Assembly (NCBI GenBank): GCA_964016885.1
Contig: OZ024762.1
Location: 13,764,001-13,828,000, forward strand
DNA: 64,000 bases
Reading direction: 5' to 3'
DNA from: Eledone cirrhosa
Taxonomy: Eukaryota
Position 1 is the first letter of the stretch. Each line of letters starts with the position of its first letter. Below are positions 25,085-39,218 of the stretch, piece after piece. The notes under the pieces were generated by a model. The model saw nothing but the letters and a program-made list of their open reading frames with translations, was not told the DNA's origin and ran no database searches. Position numbers and translations under genes: made by a program.

Positions 25085-26560
25085 GGTGGTGGTGGTGGTG
25101 GTAGTGTTAGTGAGTGATGGTGCTATTGGTGGTGGTGGTGGTGGTGTTATTGGTGGAGGTGTGTGGTGGTAGTGAGTGATGGTGCTATTGGTGGTGGTGG
25201 AGGTGTTATTGGTGGTGGTGGTGGTGGTGTGTGGTGGTAGTGAGTGATGGTGCTATTGGTGGTGGTGGTGTTATTGGTGGTGGTGGTGTGTGGTGGTAGT
25301 GAGTGATGGTGCTATTGGTGGTGGTGGAGGTGTTATTGGTGGAGGTGGTGGTGTGTGGTGGTAGTGAGTGATGGTGCTATTGGTGGTGGTGTGTGGTGGT
25401 AGTGAGTGATGGTGCTATTGGTGGTGGTGGAGGTGTTATTGGTGGTGGTGGTGGTGGTGGTGAGTGGTGGTGGTGGTGGTGGTGGTGTTATTGGTGGTGG
25501 TGTGTGGTGGTAGTGAGTGATGGTGCTATTGGTGGTGGTGGTGTTATTGGTGGTGTGTGGTGGTAGTGAGTGATGGTGCTATTGGTGGTGGTGGAGGTGT
25601 TATTGGTGGAGGTGGTGGTGTGTGGTGGTAGTGAGTGATGGTGCTCTTGGTGGTGGTGGTGTTATTGGTGGTGGTGGTGGTAGTGAGTGATGGTGCTATT
25701 GGTGGTGGTGGTGTGTGGTGGTAGTGAGTGATGGTGCTATTGGTGGTGGTGGAGGTGTTATTGGTGGAGGTGGTGGTGTGTGGTGGTAGTGAGTGATGGT
25801 GCTCTTGGTGGTGGTGGTGTTATTGGTGGTGGTGGTGGTGTGTGGTGGTAGTGAGTGATGGTGCTATTGGTGGTGGTGGTGTTATTGGTGGTGGTGTGTG
25901 GTGGTAGTGAGTGATGGTGCTATTGGTGGTGGTGGTGTTATTGGTGGTGGTGGTGGTGCGTGGTGGTAGTGAGTGATGGTGCTATTGGTGGTGGTGGTGT
26001 TATTGGTGGTGGTGTGTGGTGGTAGTGAGTGATGGTGCTATTGGTGGTGGTGGAGGTGTTATTGGTGGAGGTGGTGGTGTGTGGTGGTAGTGAGTGATGG
26101 TGCTCTTGGTGGTGGTGGTGTTATTGGTGGTGGTGGTGGTGTGTGGTGGTAGTGAGTGATGGTGCTATTGGTGGTGGTGGTGTTATTGGTGGTGGTGTGT
26201 GGTGGTAGTGAGTGATGGTGCTATTGGTGGTGGTGGTGTTATTGGTGGTGGTGGTGGTGCGTGGTGGTAGTGAGTGATGGTGCTATTGGTGGTGGTGGTG
26301 TTATTGGTGGTGGTGTGTGGTGGTAGTGAGTGATGGTGCTATTGGTGGTGGTGGAGGTGTTATTGGTGGAGGTGGTGGTGTGTGGTGGTAGTGAGTGATG
26401 GTGCTATTGGTGGTGGTGGTGTTATTGGTGGTGGTGGTGGTGTGTGGTGGTAGTGAGTAATGGTGCTATTGGTGGTAGTGGTAGTGAGTGATGGTGCTAT
26501 TGGTGGTGGTGGTGGTGGTGCTATTGGTGGTGGTGTTATTGGTGGTGGTGTATTTAGTAG
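25085..26560. repeat. G/T-rich ~40-60 bp minisatellite (GGTAGTGAGTGATGGTGCTATTGGTGGTGGTGGTGTTATTGGTGGTGGTGTGTGGT)
   Basis: Anchor AGTGAGTGATGGTGCT recurs throughout with variable GGT counts. Confidence 0.95.
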
Positions 26561-26896
26561 TGGTAGTGCTAGAGGTGGTGGTGGTGTTTGTGGTGGTGTT
26601 AGTGTTAGTGGTGGATGGGTTGGCGTAGATGGTGGTGGTGTTAGTGATGATGATAGTACTGGGGTTGGTGGTGGGGCCGGTGGGGATGATGGTGATGATG
26701 CTTTTCATGATTATGATGATGATGATGATGATGGTGATCACGTTTACCATAGTGATGATAATGATGATGATGTTTACAATAGTGATGATGGTGATAACTA
26801 CAATGATACTGATGATGGTAACGATGGCGACGGCAGCGTTGATAATAACGATGATAACGCTAGTTATAACGTTGATGATGGTTGCTATGTTAGATA

Positions 26897-26994
26897 ACTG
26901 TTTCTACTTTTGGCACAAGGCCAGCAATTACCCAGTGTATTACTGGTACTTTATTTTATCGACCCCGTAAGGATGAAAGGCAAAGTTAACCTCG
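26897..26994 (-). mobile_element. SINE 3' half
   Basis: TGTTTCTACTTTTGGCACAAGGCC...AAGGCAAAGTTAACCTCG. Confidence 0.9.
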
Positions 26995-27180
26995 ACTAGA
27001 TATTGTTTGTACTCCGTCACTCTCTCTCTCTCTCTCTCTTCCTCTCTCTCTCTCTCGCTTCCTCTCTCACTCTCTCTCTCCCTCACTCTCTCTCTCCCTC
27101 ACTCTCACTCTCTCTCTCTCTCCCTCACTCTCCCTCTCTCTCTCCCTCACTCTCCCTCTCTCTCTCCCTCTCTCTCTCCC

Positions 27181-27211
<31 letters not shown>

Positions 27212-27902
27212 TACTCTCAAATAATCTCTCTCTCTCTCTCTCAAATAATCTCTCACAGCAGGTCTCTAAAAAAGATCAACAAGCTGTGACGTATTTAAGT
27301 ATTTCACCAACCACACATCCCTCCCTTCACACCCTGTCTGCCTGCCTGTCTGTCTGCCTGTCTGTCTGCCTGTTTGTCTGTCTGCCTGTCTGCCTGTCTG
27401 TATGTCTGTCTGTCCCCCTCTCCCTTTCCTCTCTCCACCCTACATACAGACATATATGTTTATATACATATGTGTCTAATCATTTACATACCTATATACA
27501 TACAAATACGAACGTGGGCCTGTCTCATTACATACATCTCCCTCACTCTCCCTCCCTCACTCTCCCTCCCTCACTCTCCCTCCCTCACTCTCCCTCCCTC
27601 ACTCTCCCTCCCTCCCTCTCCCTCACTCTATATCACTCACTATCTCCCCCACTCTCTCTCACTCTATCTCCCTCCCTCTCTCTCCCTCTCTCGCTCTCCC
27701 TCCCTCTCTCTCCCTCTCTCGCTCTCCCTCTCTCTCTCCCTCTCTCTCTCCCCCTCCCTCTCACACACTCTCTCTCCCACACACTCTCTCTCCCACTCTC
27801 TTACTCTCTCAAATAATCTCTCTCTCTCTCTCTCTCTCAGCAGGTCACTTAACTGTCAAAACGACCGGAGTTCAGCCGTCGGGGTCCTGAATCTTTTCAA
27901 CC

Positions 27903-27934
<32 letters not shown>

Positions 27935-27937
27935 ATT

Positions 27938-28012
<75 letters not shown>

Positions 28013-28258
28013 CAATGATTACGAAGACAGGATACTATGTTTAAACGATCCCAAAACTTGAATGATGGCTTCGTCTCGATTTCAAGAATTGCCGCCCCAT
28101 CACCTGCCCCCCCCCCCCCCCCCACACCTCACATACGTGGGTGGCACACGAACCTGATTCTTTAGCTCTGCTAAGGACTTACATCCCTTTCTGCTTATGC
28201 TACAGTGATTAACATTACTACCACTTAGTTTCCCTCGTTTGTTTTGGTGACATGTTAA

Positions 28259-29345
28259 ATGACATTGGGTGTCCACTAACCGCTGAACATTGGGTGTCCA
28301 CTAACCGCTGGACAGTGGTCGCCAGGCTTCCAATGACATTGGGTGTCCACTAACCGCTGGACATTGGTCGCCAGTCTTCCAATGACGTTGAGGTCCTCTG
28401 GACGAGGAATACTGGTCTTCGGACTTCCAATGAATTTGAGGTCTACCAGCCGGGGCATATTAGTCTTCGGACTTTCAATGATGTTCGGGCTTTACATGCC
28501 AGAGAACAAAGGTCACCAGAGTTCCAATGACATTGAGGTCCACTGGCTGAGGTACAAAGGTCACCAGAGTTCCAATGACATTGAGGTCCACTGGCTGAGG
28601 TACAAAGGTCACCAGAGTTCCAATGACATTGAGGTCCACTGGCTGAGGTACAAAGGTCACCAGGCTTCCAATGACATTGAGGTCCACTGGCTGAGGTACA
28701 AAGGTCACCAGAGTTCCAATGACATTGAGGTCCACTGGCTGAGGTACAAAGGTCACCAGGCTTCCAATGACATTGAGGTCCACTGGCTGAGGTACAAAGG
28801 TCACCAGAGTTCCAATGACATTGAGGTCCACTGGCTGAGGTACAAAGGTCACCAGGCTTCCAATGACATTGAGGTCCACTGGCTGAGGTACAAAGGTCAC
28901 CAGGTTCCAATGACATTGAGGTCCACTGGCTGAGGTACAAAGGTCACCAGAGTTCCAATGACATTGAGGTCCACTGGCTGAGGTACAAAGGTCACCAGGC
29001 TTCCAATGACATTGAGGTCCACTGGCTGATGTACAAAGGTCACCAGAGTTCCAATGACATTGAGGTCCACTGGCTGAGGTACAAAGGTCACCAGGGTTCC
29101 AATGACATTGAGGTCCACTGGCTGATGTTCAAAGGTCACCAGGGTTCCAATGACATTGAGGTCCACTGGCTGAGGTACAAAGGTCACCAGAGTTCCAATG
29201 ACATTGAGGTCCACTGGCTGAGGTACAAAGGTCACCAGAGTTCCAATGACATTGAGGTCCACTGGCTGAGGTACAAAGGTCACCAGAGTTCCAATGACAT
29301 TGAGGTCCTCTGCTTGGGGCATATTGTTCTCCATACTTACAACAG
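28259..29345 (-). repeat. 48-bp tandem repeat (~17 homogeneous copies 28508-29307 plus diverged flanking units); possible decayed coding repeat
   Basis: Unit AAAGGTCACCAGAGTTCCAATGACATTGAGGTCCACTGGCTGAGGTAC. One minus frame reads PQCHWNSGDLCTSASG. Confidence 0.95.
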
Positions 29346-30002
29346 GAAGAAATGTCAAAGACACCATAACAAGCAACATTTTGTACATAGCTTCTATGGT
29401 GACTTCTAAGACTAGCTGTACATATATACATATGTACACACATATATACACACATATATACATATGTACACACATATATACATACGTACATATATATATA
29501 TATACATACATATATACACACACAATACGTACGTATATACATACATACATATATACATATGTTAATAAATCTATATACATAGACACGTACACAAACACAT
29601 CTGTTCATACAAATACAATCACACACACAGCCACACACACACAGCCACACACACACAGCCACACACACACAGCCACACACACACAGCCACACACACACAA
29701 CCACACAGCCACACACAGCCACACACAGCCACACACAGCCACACACAGCCACACACAGCCACACACAGCCACACACAGCCACACACACACACAGCCACAC
29801 ACACATCATGGCCTTTTCGTTTGATATATTCCTATAGTTGTATCTACAATTTCAATTACAATATTCCCCAATATGTTATCGATCTTCATCTATCGATCTA
29901 TTTTATATTATATAACCTCTCCCTCTCCCACCCTCCCTCCCTCCCTCTCCCTCTCTCCCTCCCTCTCCCTCTCTCCCTCCCTCTATCTCCCTCCCTCTCC
30001 CT

Positions 30003-30187
30003 CCCCGACAATTGAGCTCCGGCCGTTTCGACAACCAGATCCGAACTTTCGGATCTAGCTGTCGAAACGGCTGGAGCTCAGCTGTCGGAGTCCTGACTCT
30101 TTTCCTCTTACCCACTCTACTACCCTAAGTATCGAGTACTCTGGTGCGTTATGGTCCACCTCGTTTCTTACCACATTTTCTCTGTTA
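30003..30187 (+). mobile_element. Fold-back half-hammerhead element, family E
   Basis: Palindrome centred at ~30043 with GTCGAAACGGCTGGAGCTCAGCTGTC, then tail TTACCCACTCTACTACCCTAAGTAT... Confidence 0.8.
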
Positions 30188-30329
30188 TGTGTATATATAT
30201 ATCATAATTTGGGAGGGTCATGCTGCCAATAAAGGGTCATGCTGCCAATAAAGACACATGCACCTTGTAGGATTTCACTTCAATTTCTGATAAATTTCCT
30301 GATGGTTAGCTTAACAACAAATACACAAA

Positions 30330-30383
<54 letters not shown>

Positions 30384-30573
30384 TTGTGTGTGTGTGTGTA
30401 GAAGGCAAAAAGAAATAACAAAGCAGACGACACAGTGTTTTCTTACGATTGTGTACACTCTGGTTTAATGTGTTTGTATTTTTCTATAATACAAATTTAA
30501 TTACACCATTGACTGAGTGAAAAAACGACTTAGGGTGTGCTGATTCTTTTTGACTAGCTTCGTACACACACAC

Positions 30574-30605
<32 letters not shown>

Positions 30606-30997
30606 ACACACACACACATATATATATGCATGTGCAGGTGTATGTATGCAATACTAATTTTAAAAACATTCTCTCGGCTTAAAAGATAAATAAATATATA
30701 TATATTTAATGCGAAGAAATACCTATGATGGCGAGAAGATCACTAATGACGGATAGTCCTGGCTTCTTACTCTATTTTTTACTTCATATGTATCACATCC
30801 GCAACAACGCAGCACGCCATTTTTCATCTCTCATATACAGAAAACGTATAAACATATTTGAAATAAATTGAGAAAAAAAAAAGTAAAGAGTTTTTAAAGA
30901 GTGAATGAAAATCTTTCTTCTACTCTACAACAACAACAAGATAGTGTAAAAGATATCTGATAATTATATATCGAAATATATATATATATATATATAT

Positions 30998-31254
30998 CCG
31001 GGAGCTTCCATCAGTAATGGTTGAATTCTTTAAGGGTATGTCAATATTTATTTATAAAACTGCTCTATATTATATTTTATCTGATGAAAGCACACCATAG
31101 TTTAACTTGGTGTCCTTGAAATATGTATAATAAAATAAATATGGTTTTATAGTTTCCACTTGTTAATATCGTATTTTTACTCCAATTATTTGTTGAGTGC
31201 TTTATATCAGTTATAAAAATATTTGCTTGTTGTATCCCGCCAATTTAAATAGAA

Positions 31255-31258
<4 letters not shown>
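30998..31258 (+). mobile_element. Hammerhead element family B, single arm plus tail, in (TA)n
   Basis: Colinear with 44718-44988; (TA)n on both sides. Confidence 0.88.
31073..31137 (+). ncRNA. Type I hammerhead ribozyme, intact core
   Basis: TATTTTAT-CTGATGA-AAGCACACCA(loop)TGGTGTCCTT-GAAA-TATGTA-TA-ATAAAATA. Confidence 0.87.
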
Positions 31259-31311
<53 letters not shown>

Positions 31312-31540
31312 GTAGGTGTGTATATGTAAGTATAGATTTATATTTATATACATCTGTATATATGTGTATATATATATGCATGTGTGTGTATGTTCGTATG
31401 TGAATATGTATGTGTACATGAATGTGTGTGAGTGTATGTGTGTGTGTATGGTAAGTATGCGTATATATGTATATGTATGTTTATATATATGAATATATAT
31501 GTATGTGTATATGTGTGTGGGTATGCGTATCATACATTTC

Positions 31541-31603
<63 letters not shown>

Positions 31604-32426
31604 TACACACACATATATATATATGTGTGTGTGTATGTATAATGCATGAAATCTATATAGTTAGAGTTGAAATCTGGAACTATTTAAAATCCTGGTAGAC
31701 ATCGTTACATGTGTAAAAAGAAATGTTTCCACCGTATAGTATAACATGTAGGAACGTAAGAGATGCCATGTTCTTGTTTTTTTCTCATTATCACCATTAT
31801 CATCGCTATCATGTTTATCATCATCACCATTATCACCATCATCATCACTATCATGTTCATCATCATCATCATCATCATCATCACTATTGTTTTTATTTAT
31901 ATATATATTTTTTCGCTTCTCACTACAAGTAATATTGTTGTTGGTATATGTATTATATATATATATATACATATGTACACAAACATATATACATCTGTGT
32001 ATGTATTATGTGTATATGCATATAAATGTGTGTATGTATATGCATATAAATGTGTGTATGTATATGTATATGTATTGTGTATATATATACATATATATAT
32101 GTGTGCGTGTGTGTGTGTATATATATATGTGTGTGTGTATATATATGTGTGTGTGTATGTGTATATATATATATATATATATGTGTGTGTATGTATATAT
32201 ATGTGTTTATGTATATATATATGTTTTGTGTATGTATATATATGTGTTTATGTATATATATATATATATGTTGTGTGTATGTATATATATATGTATGTTG
32301 TTTGTATGTATATATGTGTGTATGTATATATATATATATGTATGTATATATGTGTGTATGTATATATATATGTATGTATGTTGTATGTATGTCTATATAT
32401 ATATTTATATATATATATGTATGTAT

Positions 32427-32464
<38 letters not shown>

Positions 32465-32529
32465 ATATATATGTATATATATATATGTATATATATATAT
32501 GTATATATATATATGTATATATATATATG

Positions 32530-32616
<87 letters not shown>

Positions 32617-32675
32617 GTATATATATATATATGTATATATATATATGTATATATATATATGTATATATATATATG

Positions 32676-32706
<31 letters not shown>

Positions 32707-33006
32707 GTTTAGGTATTTCTTTGTTTAAAGAAATATCTACTCGAAATGAAATGTCAAACTCTTCGATTAGTTCCGCCTTGCTGATAATGGAGTCGACGTG
32801 ATTCTTCTCTACAAATTGTGATGTTTCTTTTTCTCTCTCTCACCAGTTCTTTTTTGTTCTTGTTTTTTTTCCTTCTTTATTACTTTTTGATATTTTCACA
32901 GCGGCATATGACAGCCATTTTGTATCTGGTTTCACACACACACATACACACACACACACGTGTGTGTGTGTGTGTATATATGTGTGTGTATATATATAAT
33001 GTTACT

Positions 33007-33128
33007 TTATATAGAAATTACTTTTACAGGACAAAAACTGTTTCATTTGTATGAAATCTTGAGGATATACCTGAGGATTTCATGCGAATGAAACAGGTCT
33101 ATTCCTGTAGAAGTCTTTGCTATAATAA
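33007..33128. mobile_element. Degenerate palindrome with hammerhead-like CTGAGGA...GAAACAGGTC (family F)
   Basis: CTGTTTCATTTGTATGAAATCTTGAGG-ATATA-CCTGAGGATTTCATGCGAATGAAACAG; the left arm resembles 40002-40059. Confidence 0.5.
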
Positions 33129-33132
33129 ATTC

Positions 33133-33202
<70 letters not shown>

Positions 33203-33799
33203 TATATTTGTCGAAACCATAACATTATCCAATGGATAGCTAATGATTGTTGTTTTTGCGTATGCGTATGTATGTGTGTGTGTGTGTGTGTGTGCAAAAT
33301 TCATTTAACCCTAATAAAGAGATGAGGAGGACAAAGGATGGGCGTGGAAGGAGAAATAGGAGGAGGGTGGGAGGGAGATGATGGAAGGAGACAGGGGAAG
33401 AAGTTAGTGTAGAAATTGGAATGCCAAACTTGTGACAAAGATTTCTGATCAAACATTTCTCAAGAGACAGAAACTTGGAAAATTGGAGACGAAAAAATAT
33501 TTGGAACACCAACTTAATCAAGATAATTAGTGCTTACTTTTGTTGTTGTGGTTGTTGTTGTTGATTTTGTTGATGTTGCTGTCGTTGTGTACGGTACTGA
33601 CCGTAAAGGCATGTATACATACGCACATATATACACATGCTCCTACTTGCACCCATTCACTTATATGCACACTTCCACATACACTTTCACACATACATAC
33701 ACACACATACGCTCACATATGGGCACACATATATACATACATAGGCACACATAAACACACATAAACACACATGCACACATACACACGCATTGGAACACA

Positions 33800-33839
<40 letters not shown>

Positions 33840-33977
33840 CGCAGATATTATCTTGGTTTCGATGATGGACACACATACACATACATAGGCACATATAAAC
33901 ACACATGCGCACACACACACACAGTGACTTACATGCACACACACGAGGACGTCATCTTAGTTTCGATGAGGAACTAA

Positions 33978-34165
33978 TAATTGTTTCTACGTTAGGCACA
34001 AGGCCAGAAATTACCCGGTACATTACTGGTACTTTATTTTATCGACCCCGTAAGGATGAAAGGCAAAGTTAACCTCGGTGGCATTTGAACTCAGAATGAC
34101 AAGGCCCGTAACTCTATGCGTCAAAGCATGGTGTCCGACCCTCTACCGATACTGCCAATCCGGCG
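33978..34165 (-). mobile_element. tRNA-derived SINE, full length, with probable TSD
   Basis: Full consensus; GATGAG(G)AACTAATAA on both flanks. Confidence 0.92.
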
Positions 34166-34912
34166 CCCCTTGTTGAGATGAGAACTAATAATGAAAACCA
34201 GAATGGGGTAAATTACTCTAGAGACCCGTTCTATCACTAATCCCTTTTAGTCCTTTATTTCAGAACATAGGGACACAGTGTAGTTATTCTAAACTAGATT
34301 CTCACATCAACACCTTGACACAGACACGTGCACCATAACAGGAACCATCGGGTTTGGCCTTCATCCCAACCCGCGATAAATCGGGAGTTAGACGTGTGGG
34401 TCCATGACTGGAGTAAATAGTTTTTTTCAAGCAAATGCCGTTCATATTGCTAATCTAACTCCCATTTTGTCACCTTCTACGACATGCAGGGATATATTGT
34501 ACCAGATTCGAATCTGTATATACACCAGCTCCTGAAGACATCGCCTGAGAAAGAATGAAAATAATAAAAACAAACCAAAAATGAAAATAAATTAGAAAGT
34601 TGCCTCTGTGTGGTCAAGAAGTTTTGCTAGAAATAGCAACTCGCTGAATGTAATAATTCTAATCACATCTAACAAAAACAACAATATTACGTAGCCAGAG
34701 GAAGTGGTTTATCATTTACACCAATTTCACAAAAGAAACAATAATTCTGAAGTTTGACCTTTTCACTCTCCTGCAACAACAACAACAACAACGATAATGA
34801 TAATAATGACAAGAATAATAATAATAATAATAATAATAATAACGGTAGCAATAGCAACGTTAGCGATATCATCATCATCAACAACAGTAGCCACGACCAC
34901 CTTGAACAACAA

Positions 34913-34951
<39 letters not shown>

Positions 34952-35451
34952 ACAGGAAACACCATCACCTACATTATTAGCCCTCGTCGCCGCCAACACC
35001 ACCACAATAACCACTGCCATCACCTTCTACAAAAAAAAACAGCAACAACAACATTAGCCACCACCACCGCCGCCATCACCACCTACAACGATCACTACCA
35101 CCAACACCACCGCCCACAGCAATAACCACCGCCACCTACAACGATAACTACTACCGCCAACACCACCACCTACAACTATCACTGCCACCACCACCACCAC
35201 CACCTACAGCTACCTTTGCCACCATCACCCCTATAACAATAACCACCACCACCACCACCACACCAATAGCCACCACGACCGCCTACAACCACCACCAACT
35301 ACCACTGCCACCACCACCACCACCTCCACACCAATAGCCACTACGACCGCCTACAACATTAGCCACCATCACCACCACCTACAACTACCACTGCCACCAT
35401 CACCATCACCCCTATAACAACAATAACCACCAATAGCCACCATCACCACCT

Positions 35452-35482
<31 letters not shown>

Positions 35483-35623
35483 CGTCTCTGCAGCAAGAAC
35501 AATAGCAGGCTGATTATTAGTTGTCACCTTGTGGTGTGAAGTGCTTCCAGCAGAGAAAGACTCGGCACTTGATTAACTATGTCAATTTAAAACCCGGTAG
35601 TCTTTTATTTTGGCACCTTAAGC

Positions 35624-36460
35624 TAACAACAGTAACAACAACAGTAACAACAACAGTAACAACAACAGTAACAACAACAGTAACAACAACAGTAACAACA
35701 ACAGTAACAACAACAGTAACAACAACAGTAACAACAACAGTAACAACAACAGTAACAACAACAGTAACAACAACAGTAACAACAACAGTAACAACAGCAG
35801 TAACAACAGCAGTAACAACAACAGTAACAACAGTAACAACAGTAACAACAGCAGTAACAACAGTAACAACAACAGTAACAACAGTAACAACAACAGTAAC
35901 AACAGCAGTAACAACAACAGTAACAGCAGTAACAACAGTAACAACAGTAGTAACAACAGTAACAACAGTAACAACAGTAACAACAACAGCAACAGTAACA
36001 ACAACAGTAACAGCAGTAACAACAACAGTAACAGCAGTAACAACAACAGTAACAAGAACAGTAACAAGAACAGTAACAACAGCAACAACAGCAACAACAG
36101 CAGTAACAACAGTAACAACAACAGCAACAACAACAGTAACAACAGTAACAACAACAGTAACAACAGTAACAACAGTAACAACAACAGTAACAACAACAGT
36201 AACAACAGTAACAACAACAGTAACAACAACAGTAACAACAACAGTAACAACAGTAACAACAGCAGTAACAACAGCAGTAACAACAACAGTAACAACAACA
36301 GTAACAACAGCAGTAACAACAGTAACAACAGCAGTAACAACAGTAACAACAGTAACAACAACAGTAACAACAACAGCAACAGTAACAGCAACAGTAACAA
36401 CAGCAACAACAGCAGTAACAACAACAGTAACAACAGTAACAACAGTAACAACAACAGTGG
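35624..36460. repeat. (AACAACAGTAAC)/(AACAGTAAC) 12/9-bp repeat
   Basis: Seen directly. Confidence 0.95.
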
Positions 36461-37595
36461 GAACCATAGCAGCACTAACTCTACTGTAACAACAACAACA
36501 ACAACAACACTGGGAACAATAACATTGACTGCAGTAGCACTGGGAACAACATAACACTAAGGGCAACAGTAACAACAACAGTAACAACAACAGTAACAAC
36601 AACACTGGGAACAATAACATTGACTGCAGTAGCACTGGGAACAACAGCAATACTGAGGGCTACAGTAATAACAATAGTAACAACAATAACAAGAGTAACA
36701 TTGATAAGAGTAACAACGTTGAAAATCTTCAAATAAGAATGTAGTGGAGAGAGTGAAAGTGTGAGGGGTGGGTGAAAGTGGGGTGAGAGTGAAGAACAGA
36801 GGAAGAGAGGGGGTGAAGCAAGGTCGGGGAGAGAAACAGTGATAGAGAGGAGAGAGTAAGGTGTGAGAGAGAGGGGGATCAGGGAATGAGAAAGGATCAG
36901 TTAGAGAGAGAGATCAAGAAAGGTGAGAGAAAGAGCAAGTAAGAAGTAGGTGTAGAGATATAGAGAGGGAAGAGGGAGAGCTACAAGGAATAGAAAGAGT
37001 AATAGGAGAGAGAGAGATTGAGAGGAGAGAGACTAACAATAGAGAAAGGGAGAGTAAGTGAAAGAGAGGGAGAGAATAACAGTGGAGAGAGAAAGGGGGA
37101 AAGAGAGAGTAACAGACAGAGGGAGAGACAGAATGTGAAAGAAAGGAGAGGGAATAACCCTGTAGAGAGTGAAAGAGAGAATAAGTGGGGAGAGAGAGAA
37201 TAAGTGTAGAGAGAGTAAGAGTGGAGAGAAAGAGAGAGTAAAGTGTAGAGGGAGTAAAAGAGAGTAAGAGTGTAGAGGGAGGGAGTGAAAGAGAGGAGTG
37301 AGATCAAAATTAGAGAAAATAAATTATTATTCATTATTATATTTATTTATTGTTTTTATTTTATTTTTCTAAATAATTATCTCTTTTATTTTAAATTATA
37401 ATTATTGTGTCAGTGTGTGTGTGTGTAAGTCATTATATATACATGTGTATGTATGTAAGTCATTATATATACGTGTGTGTGTGTAAGTCATTATATATAC
37501 ATGTGTGTGTGTGAGAGTCTATATACATGTTTTGTAAATATATAATCATGTGTGTGCGTGTGGAAGCAAATTAGTGCAGAAGAGAGGTACATGTA

Positions 37596-37627
<32 letters not shown>

Positions 37628-37708
37628 ACTGTGTGTGTATGTCCTATTTATATATATATATATGTGTGTGTATGTCCTATTTATATATATATATACACAC
37701 ACACACAT

Positions 37709-37798
37709 ACTGTCTCCCTCAAAATATATACACACTTCAACAGCATTCTAATAAATGTGTATACATTTTTGGGGACACTCTGTATATGTGCATGTCCA

Positions 37799-37844
<46 letters not shown>

Positions 37845-37886
37845 AGTGTGTGTGTCTTCATGGCATATATATGTGTGTGTGTGTGT

Positions 37887-37940
<54 letters not shown>

Positions 37941-38264
37941 ATGGAAGACAGTAAATTATTGCTCACGACCTAATTTTTATATTTTTCCATTTTATCGTTT
38001 TCTTGAAATTCAAAGCAAACGTGATTTATTTAAAGCAAAATAAAATAAGACATTTGACTGGTTGGCTGGTCGGGTGTTGTAGGGCTGGTTCGTGTATGTA
38101 AGGGTGAAGCATGTGTGTATTATATCTGTGTGTGTGTGTGTGTGTGTCGGTCAGGATTGGGGGTGGACAACGTTGGTGTTTGTTTATATATATATATATA
38201 TATAGTGTCCCAAAAAATGTATTCACACTTCAGCAGCATTTTGATAAATGTGTATTCATTTTGG

Positions 38265-38297
<33 letters not shown>

Positions 38298-38512
38298 GCA
38301 GAGTGTCCCAAAAATGTATACTCACTTCAACACCATTCTAATAAATGAGTATATATTTTTTGGGGACACTGTTTGTATGTATATATATATATGTGTGTGC
38401 GTGTGTGTCGATATTTATATATATATGCATGCAGGGTGTCCCAAAAAATGTATAAGCACTTCAAACAGCATTCTAATTAATGTGTGTATACATTTTTGGG
38501 GGACATCCTATA
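37709..38512. mobile_element. Cluster of four ~75-bp mini-MITEs (37709, 38203, 38298, 38431)
   Basis: GTGTCCCAAAAATGTATA..CACTTCAACAGCATTCTAATAAATGTGTATACATTTTTGGGGACAC consensus. Confidence 0.8.
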
Positions 38513-38547
38513 TATCTAGACACATATTGAGACACTATGTGAATATG

Positions 38548-38950
38548 TGAGTGCGTGTGTTAGTGAGTGCGTGTGTTAGTGAGTGCGTGTGTTAGTGAGT
38601 GCGTACGTGTGTTAGTGAGTGCGTGCGTGTGTTAGTGCGTGCGTGTGTTAGTGAGTGCGTGCGTGTGTTAGTGAGTGAGTGCGTGTGTTAGTGAGTGAGT
38701 GCGTGTGTTAGTGAGTGCGTGTGTTAGTGAGTGAGTGAGTGCGTGTGTTAGTGAGTGAGTGCGTGTGTTAGTGAGTGAGTGCGTGTGTTAGTGAGTGAGT
38801 GCGTGTGTTAGTGAGTGAGTGCGTGTGTTAGTGAGTGAGTGCGTGTGTTAGTGAGTGAGTGCGTGTGTTAGTGAGTGAGTGCGTGTGTTAGTGAGTGAGT
38901 GCGTGTGTTAGTGAGTGAGTGCGTGTGTTAGTGAGTGCGTGTGTTAGTGT
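38548..38950. repeat. 20-bp repeat (GCGTGTGTTAGTGAGTGAGT)
   Basis: Seen directly. Confidence 0.95.
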
Positions 38951-39218
38951 GCATATGTGTGAGTAGTTTTTCTTAAACATAAAAACAACCAGAATGACAA
39001 CAACAGCAGAAATCGATATTTCATCATTAAAATTTTAACAAAGAACTATGCTATGTTCCCTATAGAAATGGATGAATGTCACAAACTCCCAAGACTCTGT
39101 GTTGTTCTGTTGGTTGTCAGAATGTGTTATAAATTTAGAATATGAGAAGAGAGTGAGGATAGACATTTGCGAGAGTAAAACAGACAAATATAGAGAGAAT
39201 ATATATATATATATATAT

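Noticed and set aside
33418-33460. ECQTCDKDF zinc-finger start
   Set aside because: Followed by a stop codon and no histidines.
35521-36650. Thr/Val-rich mucin- or antifreeze-like ORFs (also 24524, 41525, 46068, 48077, 56816)
   Set aside because: Translations of trinucleotide-based repeats with no splice or domain context.
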